NCBI GenBank assembly: GCA_963675665.1
Contig: OY776510.1
Coordinates: forward strand, 1,920,001-1,984,000
Direction: 5' to 3'
DNA from: Spirochaetia bacterium
GTDB taxonomy: Bacteria; Spirochaetota; Spirochaetia; UBA9216
Length of the DNA: 64,000 nt
Shown: piece by piece, positions 35,775-45,544 of the stretch
Layout of the letters: every line of letters starts with the position of its first letter
How positions within the stretch are numbered: position 1 is the stretch's first letter
Translations under genes and position numbers: made by a program
Notes under the pieces: model-generated
Told to the model about the DNA's origin: nothing
What the model saw: only the letters and a program-made list of their open reading frames with translations
Databases searched by the model: none

Positions 35775-35790
35775 TGGCATGTTTGTTGCT
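35775..35790 (+). promoter_or_regulatory. Sigma54 -24/-12 promoter
   Basis: TGGCATGTTTGTTGCT with exact GG-N10-GC spacing, upstream of the SBP gene and divergent from a bEBP. Confidence 0.85.
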
Positions 35791-35877
35791 CTAAGAGGGT
35801 GGGCAGCAATAAGTCGAATAATTCGGCTTCGTCCGTTATAATTAATTTAAGCCTGGAACAGGCTAAAAGGAGAGTTT

Positions 35878-37167
35878 ATGAAATTAAGAAAGCAGTTGGT
35901 TCTTTTATTATGCTTTCTGTTGCTCGGAGCCGTCGTCTTTGCGACCGGTGATCAGGAAAGCAGCTCTGCTGATACAGCAGCAGCCGATTCAGATCTTCAT
36001 GAGATCTACCGGATCCTTCCGAAAGTACCTTTGTCAGGTGTTTTTGATCCTAACATGAAAGACCGATCCGGAATAGAAAAAGCATTTCCTGTTAAACCTA
36101 ATGATCCGGACAACATCGTAATTGGCTGGTCTGAAATAACACTTGCAAATCCCTGGTTTGTAGGCGTTTCGGATGAAGCACATCGTCTGGCTGAAAAATA
36201 CGGATACGAGTTGAAATTTCTTGTTGCTGATTACGATATTCAGAGACAGAGTCAGCACATTGATACTTTCATTACTCAGGATGTTGATATTATTGTTGTT
36301 GACCCGGTTGATATAATGGCTCCTGCTGCAGATATCAAGAGAGCTGTAGATGCCGGTATTCCTACGATATGTATAGGAACAGTACCGGACTATTCTGCTC
36401 CGATTCTCACAACTGTGATTCCCAATCCTTTTGAAAACGGATTTGCATCCGGTGAGTATATCGGTAAAACGTGGAGTGTTAATGAAGAAATCAATGCCGG
36501 GTATATCATCGGCGTTATGGGCAGTTCTACATCTGAAAGTCGGGGTTGTGGAGCAGTTTCCGGTATAGTTTATGGCAGGGCTCAGAAGCTGGGCGTTGAT
36601 ATGAGCAGAGAAGACGCCATGCTTCTGGGCTATAATCTGTTTGAAGAAATAAAAACAAAAGGTAAATTTTCCTATCCTAAACTTAAATTCAATGTTCTCG
36701 CCTGGGGTGTTGGTTCATGGACTGATGAAGGCGGAATGACAGCGGCCGAAGATATGATTACTGCTCATAAGGAAGATATGAATCTTATATTGGGTGGAAA
36801 TGATTTTATGGCAATGGGCGCTCTAAAGGCTGTTACCAACAATGGTCTTAAATCCCAGATTAAAGTAGCCGCCTGTGGGGCTGACGGGTTCAGGGAAGCG
36901 CTTGAACTGATTAAATCGGGAGACCTTATGTGTACTGGTCCATTTGCCGGAACAGCAGTTGGTGCGGCTGCAGTTGAACTGATTCACAAGATATTTGCTG
37001 AAGGTTATGACGCGGGTAATATGCCGATGGGTTCGTATTTCCCTGCTTCCGTAATTTCTCCGGAAACTATTGATGATTATTATGATCCGGACACTTCTAA
37101 TCCGTTTTATAAGCTGCAGCCTGTTCTTTTCAGATCCATTCCTGAAATACTGGCCAGCGGGAAATAA
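35878..37167 (+). CDS. Sugar ABC substrate-binding protein (RbsB/Peripla_BP_4 family), long form
   Basis: Signal peptide, IGWSEITLANPWF, Q.Q.ID.FI..DVD.IVV.P, GGNDFMAMGA and GADG. Confidence 0.88.
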   Translation: MKLRKQLVLLLCFLLLGAVVFATGDQESSSADTAAADSDLHEIYRILPKVPLSGVFDPNMKDRSGIEKAFPVKPNDPDNIVIGWSEITLANPWFVGVSDEAHRLAEKYGYELKFLVADYDIQRQSQHIDTFITQDVDIIVVDPVDIMAPAADIKRAVDAGIPTICIGTVPDYSAPILTTVIPNPFENGFASGEYIGKTWSVNEEINAGYIIGVMGSSTSESRGCGAVSGIVYGRAQKLGVDMSREDAMLLGYNLFEEIKTKGKFSYPKLKFNVLAWGVGSWTDEGGMTAAEDMITAHKEDMNLILGGNDFMAMGALKAVTNNGLKSQIKVAACGADGFREALELIKSGDLMCTGPFAGTAVGAAAVELIHKIFAEGYDAGNMPMGSYFPASVISPETIDDYYDPDTSNPFYKLQPVLFRSIPEILASGK

Positions 37168-37180
37168 TTGCAGTTTTTTG

Positions 37181-37211
37181 GAGTTCCGGCTGTAAATGCC
37201 GGAACTCTTTT
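37181..37211 (+). terminator. Stem-loop plus U tract after SBP gene
   Basis: gagttccggc-tgtaaat-gccggaactc-tttt. Confidence 0.7.
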
Positions 37212-37246
37212 GCAGGCAGGAGATTTTAGTTATGGGAGATTCAGCA

Positions 37247-38752
37247 ATGTACAATGAAACAATCAACTTTGTTGAAATGCGGGACATCTGTAAGCATTTC
37301 GGCGGTGTACAGGCTTTAAATAAGGTTTCATTCAGTGCCGGTAAAGGCGAAGTGCATGCTTTAATGGGAGAGAACGGCGCAGGGAAGTCTACCCTAATGA
37401 AAATTTTATCGGGGGCTCATTTAAAGGATTCCGGAGAGATAAAATTAGACAATGAAGTCGTTGATATCAATAGTCCCAGATGCAGTCACGAAAATGGAAT
37501 ATCCATCATATACCAGGAATTTACCCTTGCAAGGGATTTGACTGTTGCTGAGAATATTTTTATAGACAATCTTGGGAAAGGCCGTTCAATTATCGACTGG
37601 AAAACTCTGAATGCCAAAGCAGCAAAACTGCTTAACAAACTTGGATTCAATGATATTAATGTATCCAGGCCTGTTTCTGAACTGTCGGTCGGATATCAGC
37701 AGGTTGTGGAAATCTGCAAAGCTTTGTCCCGGGATTCCAAAGTAATTATTTTTGACGAACCGACTGCTGTTCTGACGGTAAATGAAGTCACAAAGCTTTT
37801 CGAGATAATCAATACGCTGAAGAAGCATGATGTATGCATTATTTATATCTCTCACAGACTGGAAGAAATATTTGAAATCTGTGATCGTATTACGGTTCTT
37901 AAAGACGGCGGATATGTCGATACAGTTTCAGTTAAAGATACAACCAACAATGCTCTCGTTAGAATGATGATTGGGCGTGACCTTAAAGAGTTTTTCCCAC
38001 CCCGAAATGTAAAAATAGGAGAAACGATCCTTTCGGTAAATAATCTTTCCGCCGGCAAAGCGGTTAGGGACGTATCATTTGAACTTCGCAAAGGTGAAGT
38101 CCTCGGATTTAACGGGCTTGTCGGGGCAGGCCGGACTGAAACAATGCGGGCTATATTCGGAGCAGACAGAATTGATTGCGGAGAAATTTACCTCAGAAAC
38201 AAGCTTGTAAAAATAAAGTCTCCAAAAGAGGCTGTTAAAATGGGTTTGGGCATGCTGCCTGAAGACAGAAAAAATCAGGGAGTTTTATTGGAGCAGTCGG
38301 TACGTGTGAATGCATCATTAAGCTTTCTCAACAGAATCAGCAATTCATTCGGTTTTATTGACGGAAAGAAAGAAAAAGAAATTGTAAATGATTTAATGAA
38401 AAAACTTTCCGTCAAAGCAGAGTCAATCGATATTGAGACTTCAAGTCTTTCAGGCGGAAACCAGCAGAAGGTTTCGCTGATGAAATGGCTCGGTTCAGGC
38501 TGTGATATTTTAATACTGGATGAACCTACACGCGGAGTTGATGTAGGGGCGAAAATAGAAATATATAAAGTAATAAATAAATTAGCTGAAGAAGGAGTGG
38601 CCATAATTATGATCTCATCAGAATTACCTGAAGTTATCGGGATGAGCGACAGGGCAATAATAATGAGACAGGGTGTGGTAATGGGTGAATGTGCTGAAGA
38701 TACTCTTACAGAGCACGGATGCATAGAACTCGCAATGGGAGTAAATGTATGA
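37247..38752 (+). CDS. Sugar ABC ATP-binding protein (RbsA/MglA family)
   Basis: GENGAGKST, FDEPT, SHRLEE, LSGGNQQK and DEPTRGVDVGAK. Confidence 0.95.
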   Translation: MYNETINFVEMRDICKHFGGVQALNKVSFSAGKGEVHALMGENGAGKSTLMKILSGAHLKDSGEIKLDNEVVDINSPRCSHENGISIIYQEFTLARDLTVAENIFIDNLGKGRSIIDWKTLNAKAAKLLNKLGFNDINVSRPVSELSVGYQQVVEICKALSRDSKVIIFDEPTAVLTVNEVTKLFEIINTLKKHDVCIIYISHRLEEIFEICDRITVLKDGGYVDTVSVKDTTNNALVRMMIGRDLKEFFPPRNVKIGETILSVNNLSAGKAVRDVSFELRKGEVLGFNGLVGAGRTETMRAIFGADRIDCGEIYLRNKLVKIKSPKEAVKMGLGMLPEDRKNQGVLLEQSVRVNASLSFLNRISNSFGFIDGKKEKEIVNDLMKKLSVKAESIDIETSSLSGGNQQKVSLMKWLGSGCDILILDEPTRGVDVGAKIEIYKVINKLAEEGVAIIMISSELPEVIGMSDRAIIMRQGVVMGECAEDTLTEHGCIELAMGVNV

Positions 38753-39765
38753 GTACAATAATAAACAGCGAAAGCAAAACAGGCAAAAAAATTGACATTG
38801 GTGCCTTGATAATAAAATATAATGCCTTTTTTATGCTTATAGTATTAATAATTGTATCCAGTTTTTTGTCAAAGTCGTTCCTGACTTCAGGTAATATTCT
38901 GAATATTCTTCGTCAGAACACCCCCCTGATGCTTGCAAGTCTCGGAATGCTTCTGGTAATTCTTACCGGTGGAATTGATCTGGCGGTAGGATCAATTGCA
39001 GCAGTCAGCTGCATGATGGTTTCAATCGCAATAGCCAAATGGAATTTCACGTCGGTTTTCGGACTTGTCCTCGCTATCCTGATTTCGGTATTAGTCGGAT
39101 TCCTTCTGGGTGCAGCCACCGGCTCTCTGGTTGCGTTTATGAGAATGGCTCCTTTTGTCGCTTCACTGTCCATGATGACTATCGGCAGGGGAATTGCATA
39201 CCTTCTGACAAACGGGCAGCCCCTCAGGCTTCCGATGGAACGTACTGCTAGCAATATTCTCAATGCAATAGGAAATTCAAAAGTACCTTTTATAAACCTG
39301 CCGTGGCCTATCCTGATTTCGATTATTGCTATTGTGATTCTGTTTCTGGTGATGAAATACACAACATTCGGCCGGCTGCTGATTGCAACCGGAAGTAATG
39401 AAACAGCCGTCCGCCTGGCAGGAATTACCGTTGAGAAGTATAAATTCTTTTCATATGCAATATGCGGAGGATTGTGTGCAGTATCGGGTATTCTTGTAAC
39501 CAGCCGTGCGGCTATCGGAACGCCTGCAACAGGTTTAAATCTCGAACTTGATGCAATAGCCGCCTGCGTTATCGGCGGGGCAAGCCTTTCCGGAGGAAAA
39601 GGTACCGTTGTAAACACGGTTATAGGCGTGCTGGTTCTGGGTCTGATCGGAAATATTATGAACCTTTTAAGTGTTCCGGCATACCCGCAGCAAATTATCA
39701 AGGGGCTGATAATCATAGTTGCAGTTTTTCTGCAGGGAGTAACTGATAAAAAGACTAGAGTTTAA
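38749..39765 (+). CDS. Sugar ABC permease (RbsC family)
   Basis: ILTGGIDLAVGS, G.NE.AVRLAG and ELDAIAACVIGGASLSGG.G. Confidence 0.93.
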   Translation: MSTIINSESKTGKKIDIGALIIKYNAFFMLIVLIIVSSFLSKSFLTSGNILNILRQNTPLMLASLGMLLVILTGGIDLAVGSIAAVSCMMVSIAIAKWNFTSVFGLVLAILISVLVGFLLGAATGSLVAFMRMAPFVASLSMMTIGRGIAYLLTNGQPLRLPMERTASNILNAIGNSKVPFINLPWPILISIIAIVILFLVMKYTTFGRLLIATGSNETAVRLAGITVEKYKFFSYAICGGLCAVSGILVTSRAAIGTPATGLNLELDAIAACVIGGASLSGGKGTVVNTVIGVLVLGLIGNIMNLLSVPAYPQQIIKGLIIIVAVFLQGVTDKKTRV

Positions 39766-39800
39766 AGACATGATAAAGAGGTAGATAAAGGAAGTTTGTA

Positions 39801-40331
39801 ATGATTCACGAAAAAGAGGTTGTGAAGGATAGATTGATGGCAACTGCCAAAAGGATGGCTGTTGCCGCCAGAACTGCTCCCAAATGCATGGGAGTAGATA
39901 ATATATTTATTTCCATTCTTGAAGAAGACGAAATTACCGCTGTAGCTGAACATATGCAGAAGATGCACCGTGAAAAAATGGTTCCGGATTATTACATCAG
40001 GGATGCAGAGAATATTATGGCGGTTCAGATTATGCTGCTGATAGGCACAGATTATGTTGCTACCGGAGCTCCCTCCTGCGGCGCCTGCGGTTTTAGAGAT
40101 TGCGGACATAAGGAAAAGGCTGTTCCGTGTGCATTCAATACTGCTGATATGGGTCTCGCTGTCGGGTCTGCAGTCTCGATTGCGGCGGACGACAGAATTG
40201 ATAACCGGATAATGTTTTCTGTAGGCCAGGCGGTTATCGATCTGAAACTTATAGATAAAGATTTGAAGTTTATTTACGGAATACCTTTGAGTATAAGTTC
40301 AAAGAATCCGTTCTTTGACAGAGGCAAATAA
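39801..40331 (+). CDS. DUF2148-like ferredoxin-domain protein
   Basis: AARTAPK..G.D, CGACGF..C, C......D.G.AVGSA, DNRIMFSVG and S.SSKNPFFDR. Confidence 0.75.
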   Translation: MIHEKEVVKDRLMATAKRMAVAARTAPKCMGVDNIFISILEEDEITAVAEHMQKMHREKMVPDYYIRDAENIMAVQIMLLIGTDYVATGAPSCGACGFRDCGHKEKAVPCAFNTADMGLAVGSAVSIAADDRIDNRIMFSVGQAVIDLKLIDKDLKFIYGIPLSISSKNPFFDRGK

Positions 40332-40342
40332 CAGAGAGAAAT

Positions 40343-41377
40343 ATGAAGGCATTGGTTCTTGAAAAAAAAGGCGATATCAGGTTGCGGGATATTGATATAG
40401 AAGAAACTCTCGGCCCTGGAGACGTCAGAATATCACCGGTCAGCGTTGGTATCTGCGGCAGTGATATACATTACTATCTCGACGGTGAAATAGGTTCATT
40501 TACTGTCAACGCCCCGATGGTTCTTGGTCATGAGGCTTCCGGTGTAATTATCGAAACCGGTTCGGATGTACATAATCTGAAAGTGGGCGACAGGGTATGT
40601 ATTGAGCCGGGCATTCCTGATTGGTCGGGCAAAGCGTGCAGGGAAGGGTTTTATAATCTCGATCCGGGACTAGTTTTCTGGGCAACTCCGCCGTGGCACG
40701 GTTGTCTACGTGAAAATGTAGTTATGCCTGAATCGCTTGTTTACAGGTTGCCTGATAATGTCGGAAACGAAGAAGGCGCGATGGTTGAACCGCTTGCGGT
40801 CGGGGTACATGCATCGTCAAAGGCGAATATAAAACCGGGCGATATTGCTCTTGTGCTTGGGGCCGGAACAATCGGGTATATGACGGCATTTGCGGCCCTT
40901 GCCTCCGGGTGCAGCCAGGTGATCATTACTGATATTAAACGGGACAGGCTGTCGGCGGCGGAAGAATATGATTCTGTTCTTCCGGTATGCGTTGCCGACT
41001 CGGATCTGTCTGAAATGGTTAACGAAAAGACAGGGAACCGGGGATGCAATATTGTATTTGAAACAACAGGCAGTGCAAGGATTTATGACGATGTTGCTGA
41101 ATATATATGCCCGGGCGGGACATTTATCATAATCGGAACGCCGCCGTGTTCTGTCGGCGTGAATATCGGCGCGCTGCAGGTAAAAGAAGTAACTGTAAAA
41201 CCAATATTCAGGTATGCAAATGTATACGACAGGGCCCTTGCTTTAATCAGCAGCGGACATGTAAACGTTAAACCTCTGATAACCCACCGGTTCGGTTTTA
41301 ATGATAGTGTTGAAGCTTTTAAATTTGCAGCAACCCTGCCTCAGGGTGCAATAAAAACAATGATTAATTTTTCATAA
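40343..41377 (+). CDS. Zn-dependent polyol dehydrogenase (xylitol/sorbitol dehydrogenase-like)
   Basis: [35 protein letters not shown] and FRYAN.Y. Confidence 0.9.
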   Translation: MKALVLEKKGDIRLRDIDIEETLGPGDVRISPVSVGICGSDIHYYLDGEIGSFTVNAPMVLGHEASGVIIETGSDVHNLKVGDRVCIEPGIPDWSGKACREGFYNLDPGLVFWATPPWHGCLRENVVMPESLVYRLPDNVGNEEGAMVEPLAVGVHASSKANIKPGDIALVLGAGTIGYMTAFAALASGCSQVIITDIKRDRLSAAEEYDSVLPVCVADSDLSEMVNEKTGNRGCNIVFETTGSARIYDDVAEYICPGGTFIIIGTPPCSVGVNIGALQVKEVTVKPIFRYANVYDRALALISSGHVNVKPLITHRFGFNDSVEAFKFAATLPQGAIKTMINFS

Positions 41378-41390
41378 TAAGGAGATTGTA

Positions 41391-42557
41391 ATGAGTCAAT
41401 TCAGTTTTGTAATACCGGGAGAAGTTGTACTGGGCGCAGGTGTGGTAAACAAACTTGCTGAAATAGGAAAATCCTACGGAAGCAAAGCATACCTATGCAT
41501 GGATCCTTTTCTTGAGATCTCAGGAGTAGGGTCCGAGATTGAGGGCCTTCTAAAGAAAGACGGCGTTGATATAGTTAAATTCACGAAGGTTAAACCCAAC
41601 CCGAGTTGCCATGATATTGATGAAGGCGCTGATCTTTGCAGAAAAGAAAAATGTGATTTTATGGTTGCTGTCGGCGGAGGAAGCGCAATAGATACAGCAA
41701 AGGCAATTGCAATCCTCGCAATAAATCCCGGAAACAGCTGGGAGTATATTGCCCGTTCCGATCGTGAATTCAGAACCTTCAGTGAGAGTCTGCCTTTGAT
41801 TGCCGTACCTACTACAGCAGGAACAGGAACTGAAGTAACGCATTATTCAGTAATCAGCAACCCGGACATTCATGAGAAGGGATGTATTCATAACAAGGTC
41901 CTTGTTCCTGACTTCGCACTTGTTGACCCTGAACTTATGGTATCAAAACCCCCGAAACTTACTGCCTATACCGGTATTGATGCAATGTGCCATTCGCTGG
42001 AATCGTTTCTTAATGTAAATTCAACCCCGTTCCCGGATATGATAGCGCTTGAATCAGTAAGCCTTGTAGCAAGATACCTTCCCGAAGCGGTTGCAAACGG
42101 AACAAATATTGTTGCCCGTGAAAAGATGGCTTATGCAAGCACTCTCGGGGGTGTTGCTATTGCTCTGGCAGGAACAATACTGCCGCATGGTCTTGGCCAG
42201 CCGGTAAGCGGTCTTGTTGATATGCCTCACGGTGCAAGTATGGCTGCTTCATTGGGTCATATTATGGAAATATCCTATACAAGTAACATAGAAAAATTTG
42301 CAAGGCTTGCCGAATGTTTCGGAGAACCTCTTGACGGTTTGTCTACCTATGCAAAAGCCGAGATGAGTGTGGAATTTGTGCAGCGTCTGCTGAAAGATAC
42401 CGGCGCAGAAGTGACATTCGGAGAATACGGGCTTACTGAGGCCGATCTGGAAAAGACGGCTGAGATTGCCGTTAATAACTACTCATTTGATTTGAACAAC
42501 AGTCCTCTCAAGGTCTCAAAAGAGGAAATCATTGAAATATACAGAAATTGTCTATAG
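41391..42557 (+). CDS. Iron-containing alcohol dehydrogenase
   Basis: GGGSAIDTAK, PTTAGTGTE, D..CHSLE, H...Q and PHG. Confidence 0.92.
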   Translation: MSQFSFVIPGEVVLGAGVVNKLAEIGKSYGSKAYLCMDPFLEISGVGSEIEGLLKKDGVDIVKFTKVKPNPSCHDIDEGADLCRKEKCDFMVAVGGGSAIDTAKAIAILAINPGNSWEYIARSDREFRTFSESLPLIAVPTTAGTGTEVTHYSVISNPDIHEKGCIHNKVLVPDFALVDPELMVSKPPKLTAYTGIDAMCHSLESFLNVNSTPFPDMIALESVSLVARYLPEAVANGTNIVAREKMAYASTLGGVAIALAGTILPHGLGQPVSGLVDMPHGASMAASLGHIMEISYTSNIEKFARLAECFGEPLDGLSTYAKAEMSVEFVQRLLKDTGAEVTFGEYGLTEADLEKTAEIAVNNYSFDLNNSPLKVSKEEIIEIYRNCL

Positions 42558-42569
42558 GGAGCGTGCAGA

Positions 42570-43646
42570 ATGAAAGCAGCAATGTGGTTTAAAAGAGGTG
42601 ATATCAGGGTTATAGATAATGTTCAGGAACCTGAACCCGGCCCGGGACAGGTGAAAATAAAGGTTAAATGGTGCGGAATCTGCGGTTCGGATATTCATGA
42701 ATATACCGACGGTCCCATCAGTATCCCCGGCGACAAGCCGCATCCTGTAACCGGGGAAAAGGCCCCGGTAATTCTGGGCCATGAGTTTTCAGGCGATGTT
42801 GTTTCAGTCGGCAAAGGTGTTACGAAATTCAAAGCTGGCGACCGTGTTGCCGTAGAGCCGATTGTCAGGTGCGGGAAATGCAAGGCCTGTCTGGAAGGTC
42901 GTTACCACAACTGTATGAACCTTGGCTTTCACGGTATCTCCGGCGGCGGCGGCGGTTTTGCCGATTACACTGTATTCACGGAAGAGTTTATCCATAAGCT
43001 TCCCGACGAAATCAGTTATGAACAAGGCGCTACTATTGAACCTTTTTCGGTCGGAATGCACGCAGTACTGAAGGCGGACTTCAGGGCCGGCGGTGAGGCT
43101 CTTGTTCTGGGGGCCGGTCCGATCGGTATAGGTGTTATAGCATGTCTGAAAGCTGCGGGAGCACGCAAGATTGTATGTATGCAGAGAAAGTCCGTCAAAC
43201 AGCAGTATGCAATAGAGGCCGGCGCGGACGTAGTACTTGATCCGAATGAATGCAATGTAGCTGAAGAAATTAAGAAATTAACCGATGGCAACGGTATTGA
43301 ATATGTCTTTGAAACAACAGCAGCCCCGGTAGGCTTTGAAATGGCGCTGGACAGCGTAATGAAAGCGGGAACCATAACAGTGGTCAGTTTCTGGGATAAG
43401 GAAGTATCTTTCAACCTGAACCGGATGATGCTTACCGAAGTAAAAATAATCGGTTCAATCTGTTTTAATGATAATTTTCCGACTGTAATGAAGATGATGG
43501 CTGACAAGAGGATTAATACAGGATCGTATGTCACCAGGAAAATTCATCTTGATAAAATTATGGAAGAAGGTTTCAGCATCCTGATGGGACCGGAGAAGAA
43601 AGAGAATCTGAAAATTCTTGTAACTCCGGATTTGGCGCTGCTATGA
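42570..43646 (+). CDS. Zn-dependent dehydrogenase, 2,3-butanediol dehydrogenase-like
   Basis: [15 protein letters not shown]...PHP.TG...P..LGHEFSG, CxxCxxC, GGGGF and GAGPIG. Confidence 0.88.
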   Translation: MKAAMWFKRGDIRVIDNVQEPEPGPGQVKIKVKWCGICGSDIHEYTDGPISIPGDKPHPVTGEKAPVILGHEFSGDVVSVGKGVTKFKAGDRVAVEPIVRCGKCKACLEGRYHNCMNLGFHGISGGGGGFADYTVFTEEFIHKLPDEISYEQGATIEPFSVGMHAVLKADFRAGGEALVLGAGPIGIGVIACLKAAGARKIVCMQRKSVKQQYAIEAGADVVLDPNECNVAEEIKKLTDGNGIEYVFETTAAPVGFEMALDSVMKAGTITVVSFWDKEVSFNLNRMMLTEVKIIGSICFNDNFPTVMKMMADKRINTGSYVTRKIHLDKIMEEGFSILMGPEKKENLKILVTPDLALL

Positions 43647-44689
43647 GTAAAAATACTAAATGCATGAAACAGGCAGTAATGATAAAACCCGGGGAAATCC
43701 GGTTCAGGGAAGTAGATATCCCTGAGATAAACAATAACCAGGTGCTGATCAGGATTCATGAAATCGGAATATGCGGCTCGGATGTCCATGTTTATCACGG
43801 AAAACATCCGACAACAGATTATCCGGTTGTGCAGGGGCATGAAGTAAGCGGTGAAGTGGTTGAAACGGGAGCGAACGTTAAAAGGGTTAAACCCGGTGAT
43901 CGGGTAATAATTCGGCCCCAGATCGTATGCGGAAAATGTATGCATTGCCTTGAGGGTAATTATAACATCTGTGAAGAACTTAAGGTTCTTGGATTCCAGG
44001 CAGACGGTGCCGGTTCTGAATATTATGCTTCAGACGAGGAATACCTGATAAAAATGCCGGATGGACTTTCTTATTCAGGGGGTACTATTGCGGAGCCTTT
44101 GGCGGTAGGTATTCATGCTCTTGAAAAAGCCGGCGGTGTAAGCGGGTTGAATATATTGATAATAGGGGCAGGCCCAATCGGGAATTTAACAGCGCAGGCT
44201 GCCGGAGCAAAAGGTGCTTCCGCCGTGATGATTTCCGATATAAGCGCAAATCGTTTAAAACTGGCTGCAGCTTGCGGTATTGATTTCACTCACAACGCTG
44301 AAAGAGAAGAACTGGGTTCAGCGCTTATTAAGAATTTCGGTTATAAAAAGGCTGATATTATATTCGATTGCGTGGGTTCTGAAGCAAGTCTTGGGGTCTG
44401 TATAAAAAATGCAAGAAAAGGTACCGGAATTATTAATGTCGGTGTGTATGAAGGCGAGATCCTGGCCGACATGAGCAAGGTTCAGGACAATGAGTCAAAG
44501 CTGTCGGGCACTCTCATGTATACCGAAAAGGACATGCTTGAGGCGTTAGCCCTTCTTTCGTCGGGTTCAATCGATTATGACAGTTTAATTACCAGTAAGT
44601 TCCCATTTTCCGAATATCCTGAGGCGTATAAACACCTTGATGCAAACCGTGATGCCGAGATGAAAATTATTATCGACTTATTTAATTAA
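43643..44689 (+). CDS. Zn-dependent medium-chain dehydrogenase
   Basis: GICGSDVH, GHEVSG, CGKCMHC..G....C and GAGPIG. Confidence 0.9.
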   Translation: MSKNTKCMKQAVMIKPGEIRFREVDIPEINNNQVLIRIHEIGICGSDVHVYHGKHPTTDYPVVQGHEVSGEVVETGANVKRVKPGDRVIIRPQIVCGKCMHCLEGNYNICEELKVLGFQADGAGSEYYASDEEYLIKMPDGLSYSGGTIAEPLAVGIHALEKAGGVSGLNILIIGAGPIGNLTAQAAGAKGASAVMISDISANRLKLAAACGIDFTHNAEREELGSALIKNFGYKKADIIFDCVGSEASLGVCIKNARKGTGIINVGVYEGEILADMSKVQDNESKLSGTLMYTEKDMLEALALLSSGSIDYDSLITSKFPFSEYPEAYKHLDANRDAEMKIIIDLFN

Positions 44690-44716
44690 TGTACTTTTAT
44701 ATAGGGAGTATATCTG

Positions 44717-45484
44717 GTGATCAGCAAAGAATATAAAGCCGGGTTCAGGCTTGACGGAAAAACAGCAGTAATTACAGGCGGTGCCTCGGGGATTGGATAT
44801 GAAACAGCAAAACTGTTCGTGGAAAACGGGGCAAAAATATATTTGCTGGATTTCCAACGGGAAAAAGCCGCAAAAGCTGCCGGAGAAATAAAAAATGCTT
44901 CTAGTGCTTTCGTTGATGTGACGGATCCTTCTTCCGTAAGCGGGGTAATTGACTCGATAATTGAAAAAACGGGAGGGATTGATATACTTGTTAACTGTGC
45001 CGGAATAGGTGATATAGACAAAGCTGAAAATTTCTCTCCCGACTCATGGCGGCGGGTAATTAATACAAACCTTAACGGCACTTTCTTTATGTCGCAGCGA
45101 GTTGGTAAAGAAATGATCAGAATCGGTAACGGCGGGAAAATAATCTGTCTTGCATCACAGGCCGGAATAGTAGCTATTGATAAACATGCAGCCTACAGCG
45201 CAAGCAAATCCGGTGTTATATCCGTTGTAAAATCGCTTGCATATGAATGGGGAAAATACGGTATACAGGTGAATGCCATATCGCCTACCGCCACCGAGAC
45301 CCCGATGATCAAGGGATACTGGGATGAAGGCGAGGTCCATGAGAATGCAATCAGCAACACACCTGCCGGAAGATATTGCAAGCCGGCTGAAATCGCTGCT
45401 GCTGCACTTTTCCTCGCATCCGACTCGGCAAACATGATCACCGGAGCTAATCTTGTAATCGACGGCGGATTTACGATCCATTAA
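44717..45484 (+). CDS. Short-chain dehydrogenase (GolD/DthD polyol-dehydrogenase-like)
   Basis: TGGASGIG, NCAG, SQAG, YSASK, VNAISPT and IDGG. Confidence 0.9.
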   Translation: MISKEYKAGFRLDGKTAVITGGASGIGYETAKLFVENGAKIYLLDFQREKAAKAAGEIKNASSAFVDVTDPSSVSGVIDSIIEKTGGIDILVNCAGIGDIDKAENFSPDSWRRVINTNLNGTFFMSQRVGKEMIRIGNGGKIICLASQAGIVAIDKHAAYSASKSGVISVVKSLAYEWGKYGIQVNAISPTATETPMIKGYWDEGEVHENAISNTPAGRYCKPAEIAAAALFLASDSANMITGANLVIDGGFTIH

Positions 45485-45544
45485 TTTATCAGTGTACAAA
45501 GATACGAACAATATTCTCAATTTTAATTCAGAAGGGAGAAACAA

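Noticed and set aside
38913-39716. Long antisense ORFs (also 3077..3763, 13716..14372, 22015..22713 and many shorter ones)
   Set aside because: They are shadows of well-supported genes on the opposite strand, with no recognisable motifs.
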